DNA of 61,325 nt, filler included. It is 4 parts of 4 records of this genome, joined end to end, with 100 filler letters (N's around TTAATTAATTAA, not from the genome) between each part and the next. Parts side by side here need not be neighbours in the genome. Positions count along the whole stretch, not along the records: positions 25,315 to 51,627 come from DRR723986_4975; 3 more parts are not named here. One strand, given 5' to 3'. Shown here one piece after another: positions 29,362 to 38,417 of the stretch. Position numbers and translations under genes: made by a program. The notes below the pieces were generated by a model. It searched no databases and was not told the origin of the DNA. It worked only from the letters and a program-made list of their open reading frames with translations. Each line of letters starts with the position of its first letter. The first letter of the stretch is position 1.

Positions 29362-29614
29362 AATTCGGCCCCTATAACTGCTCAATATAATTTTAGTGTA
29401 CTCGTTTTACTGACGAACCAGGATGCGCCGCGAACTTTCTGTTGAATGACAAGCGGCACATCAGCGTTTGCAGTACCAAAGAAAAATGCCCAAGGCAAAA
29501 ATCACGAAAAAGTAGCCCCTTATTCAAACCCCGACCAAATCAAAGGATTGACCAGCTTTCAATCTCCTAATTGGAATGTGACTGCCATTTTTATTGCATT
29601 TGGTCATTTTTCAT

Positions 29615-29646
29615 TTGACTCTGTAGCAAGGTCCAAGGTGTAGGCT
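29615..29646 (+). promoter_or_regulatory. MerR-family promoter/operator (ZntR/CadR-like, 20-bp spacer)
   Basis: TTGACT-CTGTAGCAAGGTCCAAGGTG-TAGGCT. The ATG lies 6 nt after the -10. Confidence 0.72.
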
Positions 29647-29652
29647 CGCCAA

Positions 29653-30381
29653 ATGAAACAAACAGCTAATACAAATGAGGGCCCGAAACAGGACTATGTT
29701 CCGGCCCTTGGATTCGCCTGGGCAACCAGGTTATACGACAGCGCAATTCGTATATCCATGCGTGAGGGTCTGCTGCGCAAAAGGACGGTTGCGTGCGTCA
29801 AGCAAGCAAATCCATCTGAGGTTCTTGAGGCAGGATGTGGTACAGGGAGCTTGACCCTTGCTTTGGCAAGAGGACTTCCCGGCGCAAATATCACGGGTAT
29901 TGACATCGATCCTCAAGCCCTCAAAGTAGCACAGGAAAAACTTGCCGGTGCTGACACCGTCAAGCTGGTTGCAGCGAACCTTGTTAATTTGACGGATGTG
30001 GCAGGATTGTCAGAAAATCGATTTGATCATGTTGTTTCGAGCTTGGTTTTGCATCATTTAACAACCAGCCAAAAACATATTGTGCTGAAGAACCTGCGGG
30101 CTCTTTTGAATAAAGATGGCAAATTGACCATTGTGGATTGGGGACCGCCTGTCGGTATTGTTCAATATCTCGGCTTTTGGCTGGTAAGACTGCTAGACGG
30201 CTTGGAGGTGACAAGGGCCAACCGTGAAGGCAGGTTGCCATCACTATTGTCGGGGACTGGTTTTGCGATTGATGACGTCAAGCCGCTTCACCAAACGGTG
30301 CTAGGCACCGTCTGGTTATATCAAGCTCGTCGCAGCCCAGAAGGCTCGACCAATCAAAATATAACACTGGGGGACATTTAA
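29653..30381 (+). CDS. Class I SAM-dependent methyltransferase
   Basis: VLEAGCGTG, GIDID, FDHVVSSLVLHHL, L...GKLTIVDW. Confidence 0.9.
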   Translation: MKQTANTNEGPKQDYVPALGFAWATRLYDSAIRISMREGLLRKRTVACVKQANPSEVLEAGCGTGSLTLALARGLPGANITGIDIDPQALKVAQEKLAGADTVKLVAANLVNLTDVAGLSENRFDHVVSSLVLHHLTTSQKHIVLKNLRALLNKDGKLTIVDWGPPVGIVQYLGFWLVRLLDGLEVTRANREGRLPSLLSGTGFAIDDVKPLHQTVLGTVWLYQARRSPEGSTNQNITLGDI

Positions 30382-31391
30382 TGATCGAAATTATTCCAAA
30401 CTGGCATCCAATCTTGGTTCATTTCACAGTTGCGTTGTTGTTGACGGCGACGGCGCTTCTGACGTGGTCATTGGTTCGGGGGCGCATATCTGCTGATCAA
30501 ACCACGGTAGCCTCTGGCCGGCTTGTCTTGTGGATTGGTCTTGTTGCCGCGGTTCTGACTGTTGTAGCGGGTCTTCAGGCCTATTACAGCGTGGGGCATG
30601 ACGGCCCGTCGCACGCGGCGATGACCGATCACAGAAACTGGGGTTTTGGTGCCCTCGCAGCTTTCCTTGTTGCCGGTGTATTGAGCTGGACCCGGCGAAA
30701 TTCTATCCTGTCGGTGCGTGATGTTGTTCTTTTGCTTGCCTCAAGCAGCATTTTGCTTGTCACCTCCTACAAGGGTGGTGAACTTGTCTATCGTTACGGG
30801 CTCGGCGTTCAATCATTGCCAGCGGTTACGGGCGACGGTCACGATCATGATCACGGTGATGGAGCACCACAAGAGCACGATAATGACGCTGCAACAGAGG
30901 ATGATTGCGGTGACGGTGTAGCTCAAGATCATGACGATGCTGGTGCCAAAGAACATGACCACGGCGACGTTAAAGAGGGCAAAGATGCTGACGAAAAAAA
31001 GGGCCATGACCATCCGGACGCTGTTCGGAGTGACCCCGGGCTAGTTGCTGACGCACTCTATACGGCGCTGCGTGAAGGCGATGAGGCCGCGGTTGAGAAA
31101 ATCCTCGCCGAGGATGTATTGATTCTGGAGGGTGGTCACGCGCAAACCAGCAGAGCTGACTATATGGGCGGCCATATGAAATCGGACATGGCATTTCTAC
31201 CTAATGTGAATAGCGAGACTCTAGACCGCAAGGTTAACCAGGCGGGCGATTTGGCCTGGGTGATCACCCACTCTCGTACCCAGGGAAGCTACCGGGACAA
31301 GGAAATTGATGAGTTGTCCCGCGAGATGCTGGTGATGAAGCATGATGGCCATAACTGGCGAGTAACGCTTATCCATTGGGGTGAGAAGTGA
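30381..31391 (+). CDS. DUF2231 membrane domain + His/Asp-rich linker + NTF2/SnoaL-like domain fusion
   Basis: IIPNWHPILVHF, H..M..H, GGELVYRYGLGV; repeated HDH/HDD linker; C-terminal ILEGG...Y...H...D, WRVTLIHW. Confidence 0.78.
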   Translation: MIEIIPNWHPILVHFTVALLLTATALLTWSLVRGRISADQTTVASGRLVLWIGLVAAVLTVVAGLQAYYSVGHDGPSHAAMTDHRNWGFGALAAFLVAGVLSWTRRNSILSVRDVVLLLASSSILLVTSYKGGELVYRYGLGVQSLPAVTGDGHDHDHGDGAPQEHDNDAATEDDCGDGVAQDHDDAGAKEHDHGDVKEGKDADEKKGHDHPDAVRSDPGLVADALYTALREGDEAAVEKILAEDVLILEGGHAQTSRADYMGGHMKSDMAFLPNVNSETLDRKVNQAGDLAWVITHSRTQGSYRDKEIDELSREMLVMKHDGHNWRVTLIHWGEK

Positions 31392-31425
31392 ACGAACAAC
31401 CGAGGGCTGCTCAAGGGGTTTCCAA

Positions 31426-31467
31426 TATACCCTTGACCTTAAAGTGTACTATAAGGTCAAGGGTATA
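31426..31467. promoter_or_regulatory. Large MerR-type operator palindrome upstream of the first MerR gene
   Basis: TATACCCTTGACCTTA-N10-TAAGGTCAAGGGTATA, with perfect 16-bp arms and TTGACC on both strands. Confidence 0.75.
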
Positions 31468-31499
31468 GAAAATCAGAAAAATCAAAAAAGGTGAGACAC

Positions 31500-31919
31500 A
31501 TGAAACCGATGACGATTGGAAAACTTGCCAAAGCGACAGGCGTTAGCGCAGAGACCATCAGATACTATGAGCGCTTCGGTTTCCTGCCCTCACCTGACCG
31601 CTTGGAATCCGGATACCGCGTATATGGAAGTGATAGTATTCAACGGGTCCGCTTCATTAAGGAAGCGCAGGCGCTGGGGTTCACATTGGCCGAAGTGAGT
31701 GACCTGATTGGCCTTACGGCCGACGAGCACGCCGACTGCGCCCAGGTCAATGAGAAGGCGACCCAAAAACTTCAAGAGATCAATAAGAAGATCAAGGCAC
31801 TAAAAAAAATGCGAGGCGCGCTTAAAATACTGTCACAGCGGTGCCCCGCCGACGAGCAACCACTAAGTGAATGCAGTATTGTTAATCATTTATATGATGT
31901 TGGAGAGGTTGCTATTTAA
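31500..31919 (+). CDS. MerR-family metal-responsive regulator (paralog 1)
   Basis: TIGKLAK.TGVS.ETIRYYER.G, GYRVY, LGFTL.E; Cys in ADCAQV and CPADEQPLSEC. Confidence 0.93.
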   Translation: MKPMTIGKLAKATGVSAETIRYYERFGFLPSPDRLESGYRVYGSDSIQRVRFIKEAQALGFTLAEVSDLIGLTADEHADCAQVNEKATQKLQEINKKIKALKKMRGALKILSQRCPADEQPLSECSIVNHLYDVGEVAI

Positions 31920-31954
31920 ACTTTTCGAAGACTCTATCGCATTGACGCGTGCTG

Positions 31955-32761
31955 TTAATGCACGGAGTGCTTGTTGTTTTTCAACGCAACCGGATCAAAC
32001 ATTTTCTCCAGTTTGGAGGTCTGATGTAAATTTTTTATCTTGGCATTCAGAGTTTTGATAAAACCTGTTGTGTCGACGCTGGCCCAGCAGGCGACGACCT
32101 CATTTGTGGTTTCAATAATAAAATTTTGATCGAAATTATGCTTGCTGAAATTGCGGGCTGTTTCAGACCTGGCACGGTCAAATTCATAGGCTATGACCAC
32201 GTCAACTCTACCTCTTTTGAGTAGATCAAAAGCCTTTACATGATCCGCTGTGTCAACAACTACTTTATCGGGAGATGCCTTGGCCACAGATGTCAGTTTC
32301 TTCAGGTGGCTGCGCGCACCAGCAATTACTTTCCCCTTTAAGTCAGACATCGATTTGATCGCGGACTCATCAAGTCGCGTGTAGGCATGCAAGTTAATAC
32401 TGTTAATTGGGTCGGAAAATACGATCTCATTTTTTGCAATCGCTTCTTGAGGGTAGTCTTCTTTTGTATCGGTCGCCACATACAGGCAGTCAGCACGACG
32501 CACTGAAAAATCCCGCATCGCGCGGCGGTAGGGTAGAAATTTAATTTCATGTGAGACCATGCTTTGCTGTATCACGTGCTGGTAAAACTCATTATGCGGC
32601 CCGGTTTGTTTTTGATGGAAAACATAGGGGATTTCCCCGCCAATGAAGGAGATATGCTCAGCCTTCGTTGGCCAAGAAACCACTATTGCAGTCGCCAGCG
32701 AGACGGATACCAACCGCCGCTTCGTTAAAGAATAATTTCGACCTGTAAGGTAAGTAACCAT
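31955..32761 (-). CDS. Periplasmic solute-binding protein, family 3-like
   Basis: N-terminal hydrophobic segment, PY, LPYRRA, DLKGK.I, LL.RGRVD. Co-directional downstream of copA-merR. Confidence 0.6.
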   Translation of the reverse strand: MVTYLTGRNYSLTKRRLVSVSLATAIVVSWPTKAEHISFIGGEIPYVFHQKQTGPHNEFYQHVIQQSMVSHEIKFLPYRRAMRDFSVRRADCLYVATDTKEDYPQEAIAKNEIVFSDPINSINLHAYTRLDESAIKSMSDLKGKVIAGARSHLKKLTSVAKASPDKVVVDTADHVKAFDLLKRGRVDVVIAYEFDRARSETARNFSKHNFDQNFIIETTNEVVACWASVDTTGFIKTLNAKIKNLHQTSKLEKMFDPVALKNNKHSVH

Positions 32762-32773
32762 TGTCTGAGTTAA

Positions 32774-33190
32774 CTACATTTCCCGCTCGCCGTATAGGTG
32801 GTTGATAATGCTGCATTCACTTAGTGGTTGGTCATCGGCCGGACAGTACTGCGCCAACACCGTGAGGTTTCGTTTGATTTTGCGCAACAATTTCAGTTTT
32901 TCATTGATCTGTTTGAGTTTGGCTTGCGCCGTCTCGTTCATACGGGCACAATCTGCGACGGGGTCTTCTGTTATCGACAGCAGCTCCTTGGTTTCTCGCA
33001 GAGTAAAACCAAGAGTTTGGGCATTTTTGATGAACGTGAGTTGCAACAGGCTTTCTTGACCATACACCCGGTATCCGGACGAAAGTCGACCCGGCTTGGG
33101 AAGGATGCCCCGGCGCTCATAATAGCGGATAGTTTCAACGCTGACACCGGTGGCGTCGGCGAGCTTTCCTATGGTCAATTGAACTGTCAT
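32774..33190 (-). CDS. MerR-family metal-responsive regulator (paralog 2)
   Basis: TIGKLA..TGVSVETIRYYERRG; ADCARM and CPADDQPLSEC. Confidence 0.93.
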   Translation of the reverse strand: MTVQLTIGKLADATGVSVETIRYYERRGILPKPGRLSSGYRVYGQESLLQLTFIKNAQTLGFTLRETKELLSITEDPVADCARMNETAQAKLKQINEKLKLLRKIKRNLTVLAQYCPADDQPLSECSIINHLYGEREM

Positions 33191-33222
33191 TTCTCCCCCC
33201 GTTTCAAAATTGCCTCAATCTG

Positions 33223-35706
33223 CTAGAGCTTCACATTCCTCAGCCTCAACGAGTTACTGATTACCGAGATTGAGCTGAGGCTCATGGCGGCAGCTGCGAA
33301 AATTGGTGAGATCAGCACACCCAAAAACGGATAGAGAATGCCTGCAGCCACCGGGACGCCGGCTGCATTATAAAATAGTGCGAAGAAAAGGTTTTGTTTG
33401 ATGTTTCGCATTGTCGCTTTTGACAGCTTGCGAGCGCGGACAATTCCGTTCAGGTCGCCTTTCACAAGGGTGAAGCCAGCACTTTCAATGGCAACATCAG
33501 CGCCTGTTCCCATCGCAATTCCCACATCGGCCTGCGCTAGAGCGGGCGCATCATTGACGCCGTCGCCGGCCATCGCAACCTTGTGTCCGGCCTCTTGCAG
33601 GTCACGAATAATTCTAGCTTTGTCCTCTGGCATCACATCAGCCCTAATCTCATCAATGCCAAGCCGTGCTGCGACCGAGCGCGCTGTGCGCTCATTATCG
33701 CCGGTCGCCATCACAATACGGAGGCCCTGAGCATGCAGGGCCTCCAGAGCCTCGGGGGTTGTTTCTTTGACCGGGTCTGCAACAGAGACGAGACCAGCGA
33801 TTTCGCTGCCAATAATTACGAACATCACTGTTTCGCCCTCGTCTCTCCGCGTATTGGCTACTTCCAGTAGATGGTCACTGTTCAGACCAAGTTCGGCAAG
33901 GAGTTTGGCATTGCCGAGCGCCACTGGTTTTCCGTCGACTACGCCTTTGACACCCATACCTGTAAGTGCTTCGAACTCGTCGGTTCGGACTATGTCAATT
34001 GTGCGATCTTTCGCCCCGGCGACAATGGCCTCGGCAAGCGGGTGTTCAGATCCCTTCTCCAGACTTGCCGCAAGGTGAAGAATTTCAGCCTCGCTATGGC
34101 CCGGTTCCGGTATTACCGCGACCAGTTTTGGCTTACCTAGTGTCAAGGTTCCGGTTTTGTCGACAATGAGCGTGTCAACTTTGGCGAACCTCTCGAGTGC
34201 CTCCGCGTTTTTTATCAATACGCCTGCCTGCGCTCCGCGGCCAGTGGCTGTCATAATGGACATTGGGGTCGCCAAGCCGAGGGCGCACGGGCACGCAATG
34301 ATCAGGACGGCAACGGCGGACACAAGACCGTAGGAAAGCGCGGGCACTGGTCCCCATGTTGCCCAAGCGGCGAAAGCCAAGATTGCGATCACAATCACGG
34401 CCGGCACAAATCTACCAGCAACGGTATCAGCGAGTTTTTGTATTGGTGCCCGGCTTCGCTGGGCGCTGGCAACCATTTCAACGATCTGGCTCAGCATGGT
34501 GTCGGCACCGACTCGCTGCGCCTCAACTATCAGACTACCCGTGCCGTTGATTGTCGCACCTGTGACATCGTCGCCTTGCACTTTTTCAACTGGTACCGGT
34601 TCGCCCGAGATCATGGATTCGTCGATAGAGGACCGTCCGTCAACGACCACGCCGTCCACAGGAACTTTGTCCCCCGGTCGCACGCGCAGGCGGTCGCCGA
34701 CAACAACATCCTCAAGTGGAATTTCCTCTTCAACGCCACCTTCGCGGATCACCCGCGCGGTTTTCGCAGCCAGATCCAGCAGCGCCCTGATCGCAGAACC
34801 CGTACGCTCGCGCGCACCAAGCTCCATCACCTGTCCAAGCAGAACCAGAACCACAATCACCGCCCCCGCTTCAAAATAGACGCCGACATGCCCGTCTGCA
34901 TCACGAAACCCGTCAGGGAATATGTCGGGTACAAGAACTGCTACGACGCTGAATATATAGGCAGCACCCACACCCATTCCGATGAGGGTGAACATATTCA
35001 GGCTTTTATTGATTACGGACTGAACACCGCGAACAAAGAAAGGCCATCCCGCCCAGAGAATAACCGGCGTCCCTAGGATAAGTTCTATCCACAAAGTCAG
35101 CTTTTCGCCGATCATGTCGCGGATAAAGCCCAGTCCGACAAAAGGGCCCATCGACAAAACAAGTAGCGGGACAGTTAAGAGCGCGCCGACCCAGAAACGA
35201 CGCCTGAAATCGACTAGTTCAGGGTTGGGACCTGCGTCTTCGGCAGGTATTCCCATCGGCTCAAGGGCCATGCCGCATTTGGGACAACTGCCGGGACCTT
35301 CCTGTATGACCTCGGGGTGCATGGGACAGGTGAACAGAGTGCCTTGTGGCATCGGTTCTGCAATTTCTGAGGGGTTAAGGTATTTTTCCGGCGCGACAGA
35401 AAACTTCTTTTCACACCTGTCAGAACAAAAATAGTAGACGGCCCCGTTGTAGGAATGAATATGGGCCGCACTCGCGCGCTCAACGTTCATGCTGCAAACT
35501 GGATCATTCGATTGTACGAACTGCGAAGGCGCTGTGGTGAATTTTGCTTCACACCCGATACTGCAGAAGAAAAAATCTTTTCCATCGTGGTGCAGATGGT
35601 TGGCCGCCACCTCAGGATCGACAAGCATGCCACAAACCGGATCGCGTACAATCGACTGGCCGTTATCATGATCCGTTTCATGGTTATGCGAATGATCTGA
35701 CGCCAT
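33223..35706 (-). CDS. copA: Cu(I)/Ag(I)-exporting P1B-1 ATPase with two YHS domains and a CPMHP heavy-metal-binding domain
   Basis: DPVCGM..FCS.C twice, [47 protein letters not shown] and MSLSS. ATG 35706 has a GGAGG RBS. Confidence 0.94.
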   Translation of the reverse strand: MASDHSHNHETDHDNGQSIVRDPVCGMLVDPEVAANHLHHDGKDFFFCSIGCEAKFTTAPSQFVQSNDPVCSMNVERASAAHIHSYNGAVYYFCSDRCEKKFSVAPEKYLNPSEIAEPMPQGTLFTCPMHPEVIQEGPGSCPKCGMALEPMGIPAEDAGPNPELVDFRRRFWVGALLTVPLLVLSMGPFVGLGFIRDMIGEKLTLWIELILGTPVILWAGWPFFVRGVQSVINKSLNMFTLIGMGVGAAYIFSVVAVLVPDIFPDGFRDADGHVGVYFEAGAVIVVLVLLGQVMELGARERTGSAIRALLDLAAKTARVIREGGVEEEIPLEDVVVGDRLRVRPGDKVPVDGVVVDGRSSIDESMISGEPVPVEKVQGDDVTGATINGTGSLIVEAQRVGADTMLSQIVEMVASAQRSRAPIQKLADTVAGRFVPAVIVIAILAFAAWATWGPVPALSYGLVSAVAVLIIACPCALGLATPMSIMTATGRGAQAGVLIKNAEALERFAKVDTLIVDKTGTLTLGKPKLVAVIPEPGHSEAEILHLAASLEKGSEHPLAEAIVAGAKDRTIDIVRTDEFEALTGMGVKGVVDGKPVALGNAKLLAELGLNSDHLLEVANTRRDEGETVMFVIIGSEIAGLVSVADPVKETTPEALEALHAQGLRIVMATGDNERTARSVAARLGIDEIRADVMPEDKARIIRDLQEAGHKVAMAGDGVNDAPALAQADVGIAMGTGADVAIESAGFTLVKGDLNGIVRARKLSKATMRNIKQNLFFALFYNAAGVPVAAGILYPFLGVLISPIFAAAAMSLSSISVISNSLRLRNVKL

Positions 35707-35742
35707 TGCTAGGCCTCCCAATGATTGATTAAATTTGGTCCC

Positions 35743-35773
35743 AGCCTAAAGGTTATAGCTAGTGGAAGGTCAA
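35743..35773 (-). promoter_or_regulatory. CueR-type promoter of copA (19-bp spacer)
   Basis: Reverse strand TTGACC-TTCCACTAGCTATAACCTT-TAGGCT. Confidence 0.78.
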
Positions 35774-35827
35774 GGCCCTTTTTTTGAAAACTCTATAAGT
35801 GCCTGCAGAGTTTTATAAAAAATCTTG

Positions 35828-35858
35828 TTGACCTTCCCGCCACTGGAAGCCCTATGGG
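35828..35858 (+). promoter_or_regulatory. CueR-type operator upstream of the DUF2933 operon
   Basis: TTG-ACCTTCC-N7-GGAAGCC. The -10 is weak. Confidence 0.72.
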
Positions 35859-35883
35859 TTTAAATCCGTAAAGGGAGATTATT

Positions 35884-36099
35884 ATGAAAAATAGACTTGG
35901 GTTTTTCCAGTCTAGGATTGGATTTGTTTTCAGTGTATTTCTGGCGGTGGCTGCGCTCATGCTGCTGTTCGAACATAAGGCACACATCAATCTAGGAGGA
36001 ATCTTGCCATTGCTCCTGCTGGTTGGCTTATGTGTCGGGATGCATTTCTTCATGCATCACGGCCATTCCGATCATGACCATTCAGACCGGGATCATTGA
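35884..36099 (+). CDS. DUF2933-family small membrane protein
   Basis: Two TM segments, EHKAH, LCVGMHFFMHHGH His-rich tail. Confidence 0.8.
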   Translation: MKNRLGFFQSRIGFVFSVFLAVAALMLLFEHKAHINLGGILPLLLLVGLCVGMHFFMHHGHSDHDHSDRDH

Positions 36100-36100
36100 T

Positions 36101-36769
36101 ATGGAACATTCATCATATGGTCTCTGGGCGTTGGTTGTTCTCAACTCCGCAATCTTTATATTTTTTGCTTTTAGTTTTACAAAGCCAAAAACCAAGACGG
36201 ATTGGCGATCTTTTGGTGTTTTCAGCGCTTTCATCGTCGCACTCTTTACAGAAATGTATGGGATTCCGTTGACTATCTATTTCCTATCGGGATGGCTCCA
36301 GAGCAATTATCCCGAAATTGACTGGTTAGCCCACGATTCTGGCCACTTGTTGGAAATGATGTTTGGTTGGAAATCGAACCCTCATTTTGGGCCATTCCAC
36401 ATTCTAAGCATGTTCTTCATTGGTGGTGGCTTTTGGTTGCTGGCTTCAGCATGGCGCATACTTTATGCCGCTCAGCAGTCGGGAACACTAGCCATGTCCG
36501 GACCTTATGCTCGTGTGCGACATCCTCAATATGTAGCCTTCATTTTGATCATGTTTGGGTTTTTGCTCCAGTGGCCGACCATACTTACACTTGCTATGTT
36601 TCCGGTTCTCGTGATCGTATACTGGCGGCTTGCTTTAAGCGAGGAACTACAGGCTATAAGAGATTTCGGCCAAGTGTTCACGGACTATAGGGCAAATGTC
36701 CCGCGTTTCATTCCGACACTGAAATCAACTGGTCAACCGAACCTTGGAAACACGAATGAACGCCTATAG
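36101..36769 (+). CDS. Isoprenylcysteine carboxyl methyltransferase/PEMT-family membrane protein
   Basis: YGLW.LVV.NS..F..FAFSF.KP, ALFTEMYG.PLTIY, GPYARVRHPQY, EE, VPRFIP. Confidence 0.88.
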   Translation: MEHSSYGLWALVVLNSAIFIFFAFSFTKPKTKTDWRSFGVFSAFIVALFTEMYGIPLTIYFLSGWLQSNYPEIDWLAHDSGHLLEMMFGWKSNPHFGPFHILSMFFIGGGFWLLASAWRILYAAQQSGTLAMSGPYARVRHPQYVAFILIMFGFLLQWPTILTLAMFPVLVIVYWRLALSEELQAIRDFGQVFTDYRANVPRFIPTLKSTGQPNLGNTNERL

Positions 36770-36803
36770 AATCTGAATTGCTGTATTGAAAGTGTTTTGA
36801 GCG

Positions 36804-37550
36804 ATGACGTACAAAAAAGAGCTACGTACACTCCAGACTTATCTGGTACAGTTTCAACGGCATTTGATTGCTCACGACCACCAGGTCGTTGTGATATTTG
36901 AAGGTCGGGATGCGAGCGGTAAAGACGGTGTTATCAAACGCATTACTGAACATTTAAGTCCTCGAGAAACTCGGGTTGTTGCGCTGCCTGTCCCCAGCGA
37001 TAGAGATCGCCGATCGTGGTATTTTCAACGATACGTCGATCAATTGCCTGCCGCGCAGGAAATGGTTCTGTTTAACCGCAGTTGGTACAATCGGGCCGGT
37101 GTCGAGCGCGTTATGGGCTTTTGCTCTGACGCAGAATATGCCGCTTTCATTGAAGCTGTACCTGGCTTTGAGAAAATGCTGACAAGTTCGGGCATGCAAA
37201 TTCTCAAATACTATCTGGACATCTCACGCAGAGAACAGGAACGTCGACTGAAAGACCGAGCGAATAACCCATTAAAACAATGGAAAACCAGCCCAATCGA
37301 TGCGCAAGCACTGGAAAAATGGGTCGATTATAGCAAGGCCAGAGACGATATGCTGGCAAGCACACATTCTGACCATGCCCCTTGGATCATTGTGGACGCT
37401 GATGATAAAAAATCGGCGAGACTTAACATCATTCGGGATTTACTTGGGCGGGTGGACTGCCCGGAGCGGGACATTCATTGGCAACAGCTAGATCGCTCAA
37501 TAATACGGATCTATGACGCTGAACAATCCGGAAGCTTCCTCCATTACTAA
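36804..37550 (+). CDS. ppk2: Polyphosphate kinase 2
   Basis: FEGRDASGKDG.IKR, WYFQRY, FNRSWYNRAGVERVMGFC, PLKQWK.SP.D. Confidence 0.93.
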   Translation: MTYKKELRTLQTYLVQFQRHLIAHDHQVVVIFEGRDASGKDGVIKRITEHLSPRETRVVALPVPSDRDRRSWYFQRYVDQLPAAQEMVLFNRSWYNRAGVERVMGFCSDAEYAAFIEAVPGFEKMLTSSGMQILKYYLDISRREQERRLKDRANNPLKQWKTSPIDAQALEKWVDYSKARDDMLASTHSDHAPWIIVDADDKKSARLNIIRDLLGRVDCPERDIHWQQLDRSIIRIYDAEQSGSFLHY

Positions 37551-37621
37551 TGTAATCAAGGCGTCTCGTTTTGATGGGAGCATCTCAGGTCTGGCATATG
37601 GCTTAAATATAGAGAGTTAGC

Positions 37622-37780
37622 ATGACGCACTGGAAAAACACCCTTGGCGCCCTCGCTAACCCGTTACTCGTCACGGCCGCCATCTTGTTGGCTATAGATC
37701 ACTGGGAGCATTTCGGGATTGATGATCTGTTGTTATTGGCTATTTTGACGGGTATTGGGTTTAGAACAGGCCGCAAATAA
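37622..37780 (+). CDS. Small 52-aa two-TM protein with a DHWEH loop
   Basis: MTHWKNTLGALANPLLVTAAILLAIDHWEHFGIDDLLLLAILTGIGFRTGRK*. Not in the ORF track; preceded by GAGAG. Confidence 0.5.
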   Translation: MTHWKNTLGALANPLLVTAAILLAIDHWEHFGIDDLLLLAILTGIGFRTGRK

Positions 37781-37885
37781 AGTTGATGCTGGCTATGTGT
37801 TTATCGTTATGAAGCTGACGGCATCCTGTGAAACATTTACATATCAAGGTACTAATCAATTTCGAGAGTGTATCTTTTTTACCTA

Positions 37886-37916
37886 TTGACCCTGTACCGT
37901 GGTCAAGGGTTATTAT
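37886..37916 (+). promoter_or_regulatory. MerR-family promoter/operator (19-bp spacer) for the leader-cusCBA operon
   Basis: TTGACC-CTGTACCGTGGTCAAGGGT-TATTAT. The ATG lies 7 nt after the -10. Confidence 0.78.
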
Positions 37917-37923
37917 TCACCTT

Positions 37924-38334
37924 ATGCGATTCGCTACGAACATTGTTACACGGTTAATAGCCCTTCTCGCTTTAGGCGTGATTTTGGTGGCGCCTATGGC
38001 GTCCGCTCTGGACACACATGATTGCTGTCCAGAGACCTATCAAGGCGGCATGAGGGCACAGTCTCATGACCTGATGGCACACTATAGCCAAGGGAAGATG
38101 ATCAGCCACCAGACAGCGTCTGATCATGCGAGTATTGACCCGTCTTCCCCCGAAAAACTGTGTGATATTTCCTGCTGTGCAAATGTCGCCACTTGCGCCG
38201 TTATCTCATTAAACGCGCCTGATATGGCCGGATGGACTATACGCCCACAAGCGTTTAGGCCAATCGACGAAACGGCTTCCTCCCGGCATGCGAACCTAAA
38301 CACTCCCCCTCCCCGTATCTCTCTGATCGTTTAA
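37924..38334 (+). CDS. Cys/His/Met-rich exported leader protein with C-terminal PPP (CutF/CruR/CopL-like)
   Basis: Signal peptide, HDCC, CDISCCANVATC, ends NTPPPRISLIV. First gene of the cus operon. Confidence 0.72.
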   Translation: MRFATNIVTRLIALLALGVILVAPMASALDTHDCCPETYQGGMRAQSHDLMAHYSQGKMISHQTASDHASIDPSSPEKLCDISCCANVATCAVISLNAPDMAGWTIRPQAFRPIDETASSRHANLNTPPPRISLIV

Positions 38335-38417
38335 GGCTCGGTTTAACCCGAAGCTGAAGGCGTAATTGGCTGGAAATGCCAATTGCGCGCAGACTTTATG
38401 ATCTTTGAGGTAACAAT

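Noticed and set aside
30835-31015. DNA tandem repeat or mobile repeat
   Set aside because: Explained by the His/Asp-rich coding linker.
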